NCBI GenBank assembly: GCA_029820295.1
Contig: JALGVA010000006.1
Coordinates: 1,793 to 65,792 of the forward strand
Reading direction: 5' to 3'
Origin: Candidatus Zipacnadia bacterium
GTDB taxonomy: Bacteria > Armatimonadota > Zipacnadia > Zipacnadales > UBA5352
Length of the DNA stretch: 64,000 nucleotides
The notes below the pieces were generated by a model that was not told the origin of the DNA, did not search any database, and saw nothing but the letters and a program-made list of their open reading frames with translations. A program made the position numbers and the translations under genes. Shown in pieces: positions 8,751-16,411 of this stretch (positions are counted from its first letter, which is position 1; each line of letters opens with the position of its first letter).

Positions 8751-11700
8751 ATGACACTCGCGGAACTCATCACAATCGAGGGGCTGCAGGAGAGCTTCGA
8801 GCTGGCCGACGCCGCCGCGCTGCGCCGGCGCCTGCTGCGCGATCCCGACGAGGACGCCGTCGCCGCACTCGACGGCGTTCTGTCCGCGTACGCCGCCGAT
8901 GACCCCGAGGCCGATGCCGCGCTGTCCACCGTGCTGGCCAGCCTCGCCCGCCGCGACGGCAAGGGCGACGGCTTTCTGGTTACCGGGCCCGCGGGCGCCG
9001 GCAAGAGCCACCTGCTGTGCACGCTGCTGCTGCTCGCCGGCTGCGGGCGCGCGCGCAAGAAGCTGGCCCTGGCGAAGACCGCGCTGGCCGACCATCTGCG
9101 CGCGCTGCACGAGGCCGCGCCCGTGCTGGTCGTCCCGCTGCCGCTTGAGGAGCACAGCGGGCGCGACGAGCTGCTCGAGGACATCGTCTTCGAGCGCACC
9201 GAGTGGGAGCTGCGCCGCCACCCCTACGACATCGTCGTGCCGCTCTCGCAGCACTCCTACGCCCTCGAGCTGATCGAGCGCCACGTCGCGCCGCGCTTCG
9301 AGGCCGAGCTGGACGCCTACATCGCCGAGCGCACCGGTCGCGCGCAGAGCTGGGCCGAGCTGCGCGACCGCGACGAGGAGTCGGCGGTGCGCGTGGGCCA
9401 TCAGTTCGCGCAGTCGATCGGCTACCCGCTGGACTTCCGCCAGTCGCGCGTCGAGCGCATGGCGCGGTTGCTCGAGATCGCCGACGGCGAGCGCATCTCC
9501 GGCGTGCTCTACCTCATCGACGACCTGGGCCGCTTCCTCGCCAGCGTCGAGGAGAAGGCCATGCAGGGCGACCTGGTCTTCCTCGAATTCCTGGCCCATC
9601 GGGGCAAGATCGCGCCCATCTGGACCGTCGCCGCGCTCGAGGTGCCGCTGCGTGAGATCCCCGGCGTCGAGCCGCACCTGGCGCGCCGCATCTCCGACCT
9701 CTACGGCGGCGGCCTCGCTCTCAGCTCCGCGCACATGCGGCGCGTGGTCGCCGACGCCGTGCGGCCCGCGGAGGACGTGGACTGCGGCCCGGCGCTGGAT
9801 GAGATGGTCGCCGCCTACGCCAACGCCTTCGAGGACGGTCCGGCGCCCGAGGAGCTGCTGGAGCACTACCCGCTCGACCCGCTGGCGGCGCAGTGCGCCG
9901 GCGAGCTGGCGGGGCGCGTGCTCGGGCGCGCCGACGGGCTGCTGACCGTGATCCGGCGCGCCGCCGAGGCCGGGATGCTCGACGAGCGCAGCCACCTGCA
10001 GCCACTGACCGTCGCCGAGGTCTTCGACGTCATGCAGCCGCAATTGCGTTCCACGCCGGACGCCGCGCCCTACCTCGCCCAGGCGCTGGAGTACTACGAG
10101 ACGCACGCCGCCGAGGTCGATCCGCGCAATCCCGACCTGCTGCGCCGCACCGTGCGCGCTCTGATCGCCCTGCGGCTGGCGAACCTGTGGCCGGGCGAGG
10201 AGGAGTTGCGCGTCGCCCTGGGCCTGGCCTCGGACGGCACGCCGCTGGCCGAGCCCGAGGAGCTGCGCGGCGTGCTCGAGGCGGCGCGTTTGCACGGGCG
10301 CTTCGTCGAGGTTCGGCGTGGGCGCGATGAGAACGAGGACGTGTACTGCATCGAGGTGCACACCCCGCTGAGCGACACGCTGCGCGAGCGGCTCTCACTG
10401 GCGCGCGAGAGCATCGCGCGCGATGACCCGCGCCTGATGGAGGCAGCCGTCGCGCACTCCGGCCCGGCGCTGCCGCTCGCGGAGCTGGTTGACGGGCCCG
10501 TGCTCGAAGTACGTTGGCGCAACACCGGCCGCGGTATGTCCGCAAGCCTGGAGAGCGTGCTGCGCATCGACGAGCTGGACATCAGCCGGCGCGTGCAGGA
10601 GCTGTCCGACCCATCCAACATCGCCAGCGTGCACCTCTACGTCGGCGGGCTGATCGCGCCGGAGACTCAGCGCACGCGCTGGCGCGAGATCACCGACACC
10701 GCCATGGCCGGGCGCTGGGCCGCCTCGGTACTGTGCTGGCTGCCGCGCCCCCTGCACGAACGCGAGCTGGACGCCCTGCGCGACTGCGCCGCCTGCCGCC
10801 TGCTGCTGGGCCAGCGCGACAGCCTCGAGCAGGAGAAGGGCCTGGTGCAGCGCCTCGAGGAGGAGGAGGCGCGGCTGGGCGCGCAGGTGCGTGAGATCGT
10901 GCGCGCGGCGTACTACGAGGGCGCCGTGCTCTCGGCCTTCGGCGAGATCGTCTCGGCGGGCGAGCTGGGCGCGATGGCGGGCGACTGGACCACCGCGCTG
11001 AGCAGCATCGCGAGCTGGGCGCTCGAGCGTATCTTCCCCGAGTTCGCGCGCATCGCCCCGCGCCAGCTCCTGGCCGAGCGCGAGCAGATCGACAGCATCA
11101 TCGACGACTTCGTGCGCCCGGGCGAGGTGGTGACCGACGCCGAGTCGCGCCTGGGCACGCTGATCGAGGCCTTCATGATCCCGCTGGGCGTGGCGCGCCG
11201 CGAGGGCGACGGCTACCTGCTCGACATCGCGCGCAGCGCCGCCGCCGATGAGGTCATGCAGCGCATTCGCGCCCGCGATCAGACCCCCGAGACGCGCCGC
11301 GGCCGGCCGCTGGCGTGCGCCGACCTCGCCGAGCATCTGCTCAAGTCCGAGTTGGGGCTGCCGCCCGAGCTGTTCGAGCTGCTCATCGCCTCGCTCATCC
11401 GGCGCGGCTACCTGATGGCCCTCGACGCCGAGGGGGAGCCGGTGCAGCTCGCCGACATCCCCACGCCCATCGCCCGGCACCTGCAGATGGTGGCGCGGCC
11501 GGCGCTGCTGTCATACGAGCAGTGGACCGCGCTCTCGCGCATCTGCCGCATCATGTTCGAGCAGGCGGTCGCCAACCCCGACCACGCCGCACAGGCCGCC
11601 GTCTGGGAGGCGTTGGTGCAGGCGCGGGGGCAGTGGCTGACGCGTGTGGCCGAACTACGCGAGGGCGTCGGCTCGCTGCGCGAGCGCCTCGGCCAGCCCG

Positions 11701-12737
11701 TGGCGGCGTGGCGCGAGTCACTCGCGGCGTTGAGCCACGTCGAGCGCTTCCTCGACCTGATCGACCCGGGCTCGTACGCGGCCGAGGGGCTCCAGCGGCT
11801 GCTCGACGGCGCCGAGCCCTACCTGGAGACCACCAACGGCGTCAGCAAGCTGCGCGATCTGCTGCGCGTCGTCGAGCTGCTCGAGCACTTCGTGCGCGAC
11901 GTCGGCCCGCAGCTCGTGGCGCTGCAGAGCTATCTGACCGATGAGGACCTGTGGCTCCCCGCCGACTCAGACCTGGTCGAGCTGCGCGACCGGCTGCTGG
12001 GGATGATCTGCTCGGGCGAGCAGGCCGTGGGCGAGGAGCAGGCCTTCGTGCGGCTGGCGCAGGTGTTCTTCACGCGCTATCGGCGGCGCTACGCCGCCTG
12101 GCACAACGCCGCCTACCGCGCCTCGGCGTTCGAGCCCTACAACGCCGTGCGCGCCACGCCCGAGATGCGCGTGCTGTCGGCGCTCGATCGCCTCGACCTG
12201 CAGGTGCGCCACGACCTCAGCTACGTCAACGAGCAGATCGAGCGCGAGCTGGCCAAGCGCTGCCGGGAGATGAAGCTGGCGGAGGCGCTGGAGCTGCAGC
12301 CTGTGTGCCCGACCTGTGGCCTGCGGCTGGGCGAGGAGCTGAACCTGCGCCCCGCTTCGGAGCTGGAGGCGCTGGCGCGGCAGGGGGTCGAGGAGTACCT
12401 CGCCACGCTTAGAGAGCCGACCAACCAGCGGGCGCTGGCGGAGTACATCCGCACGCTGCCGCATCGCGGGGAGACCACCCGTCGGCTGGCGGAGCTGGTG
12501 CGGCTGCCCGAGGACACCGGCGCGCGCGGGCTGATGCCGCTGCTGGGCGATGACGTGCTCACGCACCTGCAGCGCGCCTTCGCGGGCCAGCAGGTGCGCT
12601 CGCGCAGCCTGCGCGACCTGCGCGGCCTGCTCGCCGGCCGCACCATGAGCCGCGATGAGATCCTCGAGGCCCTGCAGCAGTGGGTCAACGGCCAGGACCA
12701 GGCCGACGACGATGACCTGCTGCACATTGAACCGTAG
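8751..12737 (+). CDS. giant P-loop NTPase, BrxC/PglY-like or DUF6079-like architecture (1328 aa)
   Basis: Walker A FLVTGPAGAGKSHLL at about aa 75-90. Candidate Walker B VLYLIDDLG at about aa 250. Very long helical remainder. CPTCG motif about 170 aa from the C-terminus. High GC3 throughout. Confidence 0.8.
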   Translation: MTLAELITIEGLQESFELADAAALRRRLLRDPDEDAVAALDGVLSAYAADDPEADAALSTVLASLARRDGKGDGFLVTGPAGAGKSHLLCTLLLLAGCGRARKKLALAKTALADHLRALHEAAPVLVVPLPLEEHSGRDELLEDIVFERTEWELRRHPYDIVVPLSQHSYALELIERHVAPRFEAELDAYIAERTGRAQSWAELRDRDEESAVRVGHQFAQSIGYPLDFRQSRVERMARLLEIADGERISGVLYLIDDLGRFLASVEEKAMQGDLVFLEFLAHRGKIAPIWTVAALEVPLREIPGVEPHLARRISDLYGGGLALSSAHMRRVVADAVRPAEDVDCGPALDEMVAAYANAFEDGPAPEELLEHYPLDPLAAQCAGELAGRVLGRADGLLTVIRRAAEAGMLDERSHLQPLTVAEVFDVMQPQLRSTPDAAPYLAQALEYYETHAAEVDPRNPDLLRRTVRALIALRLANLWPGEEELRVALGLASDGTPLAEPEELRGVLEAARLHGRFVEVRRGRDENEDVYCIEVHTPLSDTLRERLSLARESIARDDPRLMEAAVAHSGPALPLAELVDGPVLEVRWRNTGRGMSASLESVLRIDELDISRRVQELSDPSNIASVHLYVGGLIAPETQRTRWREITDTAMAGRWAASVLCWLPRPLHERELDALRDCAACRLLLGQRDSLEQEKGLVQRLEEEEARLGAQVREIVRAAYYEGAVLSAFGEIVSAGELGAMAGDWTTALSSIASWALERIFPEFARIAPRQLLAEREQIDSIIDDFVRPGEVVTDAESRLGTLIEAFMIPLGVARREGDGYLLDIARSAAADEVMQRIRARDQTPETRRGRPLACADLAEHLLKSELGLPPELFELLIASLIRRGYLMALDAEGEPVQLADIPTPIARHLQMVARPALLSYEQWTALSRICRIMFEQAVANPDHAAQAAVWEALVQARGQWLTRVAELREGVGSLRERLGQPVAAWRESLAALSHVERFLDLIDPGSYAAEGLQRLLDGAEPYLETTNGVSKLRDLLRVVELLEHFVRDVGPQLVALQSYLTDEDLWLPADSDLVELRDRLLGMICSGEQAVGEEQAFVRLAQVFFTRYRRRYAAWHNAAYRASAFEPYNAVRATPEMRVLSALDRLDLQVRHDLSYVNEQIERELAKRCREMKLAEALELQPVCPTCGLRLGEELNLRPASELEALARQGVEEYLATLREPTNQRALAEYIRTLPHRGETTRRLAELVRLPEDTGARGLMPLLGDDVLTHLQRAFAGQQVRSRSLRDLRGLLAGRTMSRDEILEALQQWVNGQDQADDDDLLHIEP

Positions 12738-12916
12738 GGCCCGACAGACGGGCGGCGCGCGCCGGGGGCCGGTGAGCGTTCTTGTTCATACAAGCTTAAA
12801 TCGGCGCGCGGAACTTCCGTGCGTCAGGTTCGTTTAAGCGCATACAGCAGCTCAATCAGAGTGAATGCTCGCCGCAGGGACCCTATCATCCATCGACGCA
12901 CCCTATGTGCGAGCCA

Positions 12917-12952
12917 CCGCCCGGCATCCGTTGTCGGGCGGTCTTCTTTTGT
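12917..12952 (+). terminator. rho-independent terminator
   Basis: 7-bp GC stem ccgcccg/cgggcgg with an 11-nt loop, followed by tcttcttttgtg. The T tail is only on the plus strand. It lies about 180 nt after the stop of the 1328-aa gene. Confidence 0.6.
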
Positions 12953-13063
12953 GCGTGGGGGCGTGCGGGAGCGCGGCCAGGGGCGACGACACGGGGGCGG
13001 GGCGCTCCCGCTCCGGAAGGACGCGGCAGTTCGGAGGGCGGCTCTTCGGCGCCGCCGCGGTCG

Positions 13064-14473
13064 TCACTTCGCCGGCGGCTCGAGTCTGGAGGCGGTGACC
13101 GCTGAGGCCGCGGTGGCCGGCTGGGGACCGTTGCGCAGGTCGGCGAGGCGGCGGTAGAGGAGCATGGTCACCGCCATGGCGACCGCGCCCAGCGCGAAGG
13201 CCACCATGTAGCGCCCCTGCGCGCCGATGATCGTCGCCGTCGCCAGGGGCATGAAGCACATCGGCAGCACCACGAGGTAGTAGGTCGCCATGTACACCGA
13301 GCGCGTGCGCTCGGGCGCCAGGTCCAGCAGGTAGGCCATGTGGGCGGTGAACTGCCCGCTCTCGCCCGCGCCCGCGGCGGCCATCACTACCAGCAGCATC
13401 ACCAGCGGCAGGTCAAACTGCAACCCCAGCACGCTCCCCAGCGCCGCCCGCGGCAGCAGCGGCAGCGACAGCACCAGCAGCAACGCCAGCACCTCCAGCG
13501 AGCCCGCCACCAACAGCAGATAGCGGTTGCCGCGCACCGCGCTGAGCCGACTCCACAGCAGGTTGGAGAGGCTGTTGCTGAGCACCTTCGCCGCCAGCGC
13601 CAGTCCGACGATCGCCTCGGTCATCCCCAGGCCGCTGAACGCGTAGGGGATGATGAAGGGCGTGAACAGGCCCATGGCGACCGCCAGCATCACGCGTGAG
13701 AGCATGAAGCGCCGGAAGTTGGGCTCGCGTCGCGCGCGCCGCCAGCCGCGCACCAGCTGCGCCGACAGCGGCAGGCTGCGCGTCTCCACCTTGTGCCGCG
13801 GCTCGTAGGCGAACCACCACGACACGAGGGCGATGGCCGCGACGATGGTGGCCGCGCCGAACAGCCGCGCGTAGTTCTCCGGGAAGCCCAGCCCGCTGTG
13901 CTCGCCCAGCAGCCACTTGACCCAGAAGCCCGCGCCGAAGGCCATCAGCCCGCCGAAGAAGTAGCGCATGGCGAAGAACGCCCCGCGCCGCTCGGGCGGA
14001 ACCGAGTCGGTCACCACGCTCATGAACGGGATGAGGCCCAGCCCGCCGCCGGAGGTGTAGGCGAGGTAGCTCAGCGCCACGCCCACGAAGGCGATCGTCG
14101 GCCAGTCGGCGGCGACGTAGCGCGTTATCGCCCACACCGCGACCATCGCCGCCATGCGCACGACCGCCGAGATCTTGTAGTAGGTGTGCCGGCTCTGGCG
14201 CGTGGACATCACACTGGTGGTGAGCAGCGGCGGCCAGAACCAGCCGGCGTTGACCACGGAGACCAGCAGCCCGACGTAGAGGGGGTTGTCGCCCATCAGG
14301 GCCACGGCGAAGGCGGGCAGGATCGTGTCGGGGTCGGTGAGTGCGCGCGCCAGCAGCCAGAACGAGCCGTTGAAGACGCCCAGGCCGAAATTGCGGCGTG
14401 TGCGCTGCTCGACGGTCTCGGACATCGCTTCTCCCGCCGCAGTCGCGGCCTGCGGCTGACGACGTGAGGTCAC
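13064..14473 (-). CDS. MFS-type transporter
   Basis: 469 aa and about 12 hydrophobic helices with a central loop. The GTG start overlaps the upstream stop (GTGA). An alternative ATG lies at 14423-14425. Confidence 0.8.
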   Translation of the reverse strand: MTSRRQPQAATAAGEAMSETVEQRTRRNFGLGVFNGSFWLLARALTDPDTILPAFAVALMGDNPLYVGLLVSVVNAGWFWPPLLTTSVMSTRQSRHTYYKISAVVRMAAMVAVWAITRYVAADWPTIAFVGVALSYLAYTSGGGLGLIPFMSVVTDSVPPERRGAFFAMRYFFGGLMAFGAGFWVKWLLGEHSGLGFPENYARLFGAATIVAAIALVSWWFAYEPRHKVETRSLPLSAQLVRGWRRARREPNFRRFMLSRVMLAVAMGLFTPFIIPYAFSGLGMTEAIVGLALAAKVLSNSLSNLLWSRLSAVRGNRYLLLVAGSLEVLALLLVLSLPLLPRAALGSVLGLQFDLPLVMLLVVMAAAGAGESGQFTAHMAYLLDLAPERTRSVYMATYYLVVLPMCFMPLATATIIGAQGRYMVAFALGAVAMAVTMLLYRRLADLRNGPQPATAASAVTASRLEPPAK

Positions 14474-15546
14474 GGACTGATCATGCGCACGCGCCCGTCG
14501 GCGGTGGCCCAGTAGATGCGCCCGAAGGCGGCGATCACGTCGGTGGTCTCCGCCTCGGCGGCGAGACGGCGCCGGATGCGCCCGCTCTCAACGTCCAGCG
14601 CGATCAGGTTCGGGCCCGCGCAGCACCACACCAGTCCGGCATGGATGACCGGCTCGGCGGCCACCGGCCCGGGCACGCGCGTGCGCCACACCTCACTCAT
14701 GTCGCTGGGGTTGATGCGCGCGACATTCCCGGCGCTGTCACCCGCGACCACCACGGTGTCGGCGATGCCCGCCGGCGCGCGCACCAGGCCCTCGAAGGCG
14801 TATTCGGCCACCAGCTCGCCCTCCGGGGTGATGTTGTGCAGCTTGCCCGCATCATCGCCCACGAGGATCGTGCTCGGGCCCATGCGCGGCGCGGCGTAGA
14901 TGGGCGCGTCGGTCGCCACCATCCACACGCGCGCGCCGCTCGCGCGCGCCAGGCAGTGCACCTCGCCCGCCAGCGTCGCCGCGATGACATACTCGTCGGT
15001 GACCAGCGGACCGGCCACCACGGGCGCCCCCAGGCCGGTGTGCCACATGTACCTGCCCTGCGTGGTCGCCGCGTGCACGTAGCCGTCCTCGGAGCCGAAG
15101 TAGACGTGCTCGTCGCGCGCCGCCACTGCGGGCACGGCCCCGCTCGCCGCCAGCTCCCAGGCCTGCAGCCCGGTAGCGACATCGACCGCGCGCAGGCGCA
15201 CGTCGGCGCAGCCGATCAGTGCCAGCCCCTGCGCCGGCACGGCCGGCCCCAGGAAGCCGGCGGGGTGGGTGAAGTCCCGCGCCCAGCGGGTAGCCTGGCC
15301 CGACAGCTCTGGGGTGGTGCGCACCAGCCGCCCCGAACGGGCGCACACCAGCAGGAAGTCATCGCCCGCAGTCAGCCAGCAGATGTCGGCGCCGGGCACG
15401 CTGAAGCCCGCGGGCGCCGGTCGGGCGATGCGCTGCCACGCCACGGCCACCGCCACCACCGCCAGCACGCACACGGCGATGATGATCAGCCGTTGTCGCG
15501 TGACCCGCTCGCGACGCCTCTGCTGCCACCGGCTGCGGTAGTCCAC
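14470..15546 (-). CDS. PQQ-like (BamB-type) beta-propeller repeat protein with N-terminal membrane anchor
   Basis: 358 aa. N-terminal TM (LIIIAVCVLAVVAVAVA), then repeated blade-like units (ALDVESGR, AVDVATGLQAWE, YFGSEDGYVHA...). Confidence 0.75.
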   Translation of the reverse strand: MDYRSRWQQRRRERVTRQRLIIIAVCVLAVVAVAVAWQRIARPAPAGFSVPGADICWLTAGDDFLLVCARSGRLVRTTPELSGQATRWARDFTHPAGFLGPAVPAQGLALIGCADVRLRAVDVATGLQAWELAASGAVPAVAARDEHVYFGSEDGYVHAATTQGRYMWHTGLGAPVVAGPLVTDEYVIAATLAGEVHCLARASGARVWMVATDAPIYAAPRMGPSTILVGDDAGKLHNITPEGELVAEYAFEGLVRAPAGIADTVVVAGDSAGNVARINPSDMSEVWRTRVPGPVAAEPVIHAGLVWCCAGPNLIALDVESGRIRRRLAAEAETTDVIAAFGRIYWATADGRVRMISP

Positions 15547-15604
15547 TCGCTGCGCGCGGCCTCCCTGGGTGAGTGCGATGGATGCCGAAGAGGTCGGGCG
15601 ACCC

Positions 15605-16411
15605 TCAGCCGCCCAGCGCGCGCTCGGCGGCGCGGCGGTGGCCCTCCGAGGGATGGTGCTCGGCTACATACTTCAGCGCCGCTCGGTAGGACGGGTCGGA
15701 CGCCTGCGGCATCGCCTCCGCCAGCGTGCGCGCGATGATCTGCCGCACCGCCTCCGACGCCGACGCCTCGCCCACCGCCATCATGTCCTCGAAGCGGCTC
15801 GCCCGGCTGATGCGGCCCATCACGATCTTGTTGTTGCCCAGCTTCATCGCCGCCGCGCGCGCGGTGTCCTCCCACACCGAGGTGCGGGCGATGGCGATCA
15901 TGGCCTCCATGGCGGGCTCGGAGGTGTTCAGCAGCTCCCCCAGGCGCTCGATGATGTGCTGGCGCACGGGGTCGCGGTCCAGCCGCGCCTCCTGCCGCGC
16001 GGCGATGCGTCGGCTCTGCGCCGCGCTCTTCGAGATCGCCTCGGCCTCCTCCAGGATGTGATCGGGGATCGCCGCCTCGCCCTCGTCGGGCGCCTCGAAG
16101 TCGCGGAAGATGCGCCCGGCGCCCAGCTCCCCACCCCCGCCGGTCGCCACCGTGCGCTTCACCTCGCGCCGCATGCACGCCCCCGCCACCAGCGGCTCGA
16201 ACACCTCGGCCTTGATCAGCGCATCGGTCATGCGCCGCACCGACACCTCAGAGCCGGTCAGCATCAGGTGGCTGAGTAGTTCGAACTCCTCGTCCGCGAT
16301 CAGCTCCGCGATGGTGTCAACCACCTGGCGCTCGATGTTTCCCTCCATCAGGATGCGGACCGCCGAAGCTCGTGCGATCAGGGCCTGCAGGTCCACGTCT
16401 GCCACCTCCAT
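15605..16411 (-). CDS. hypothetical helical protein
   Basis: 268 aa with high GC3 and no recognised motif. The annotated ATG overlaps the 3-prime end of the upstream gene by 95 nt. An internal ATG at 16346-16348 would still overlap by 32 nt. Confidence 0.6.
   Translation of the reverse strand: MEVADVDLQALIARASAVRILMEGNIERQVVDTIAELIADEEFELLSHLMLTGSEVSVRRMTDALIKAEVFEPLVAGACMRREVKRTVATGGGGELGAGRIFRDFEAPDEGEAAIPDHILEEAEAISKSAAQSRRIAARQEARLDRDPVRQHIIERLGELLNTSEPAMEAMIAIARTSVWEDTARAAAMKLGNNKIVMGRISRASRFEDMMAVGEASASEAVRQIIARTLAEAMPQASDPSYRAALKYVAEHHPSEGHRRAAERALGG

Noticed and set aside
8545-8751. 68-codon ORF as a confident protein-coding gene.
   Set aside because: The TGATG coupling geometry is suggestive. 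However, third-position GC is visibly lower than in real genes, the product is Ala/Ser/Gly/Pro-rich, and the region is dominated by RNA hairpins. I kept it only as a hypothesis inside a finding.
8751-12737. Calling the locus a BREX system.
   Set aside because: Only a BrxC-like NTPase architecture is present. PglX, PglZ, BrxA, BrxB and BrxL are absent from the window, so the system label is not supported.
12800-12900. Possible SRP (4.5S) RNA, because of GUCAGGU ... AGCAGC ... CAGAGUGA strings resembling the helix 8 region.
   Set aside because: The GGAA/GNRA tetraloop and the flanking complementary arms needed for the conserved domain IV fold are not present when I try to pair it. The similarity is probably chance. 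It needs an Infernal scan to exclude fully.
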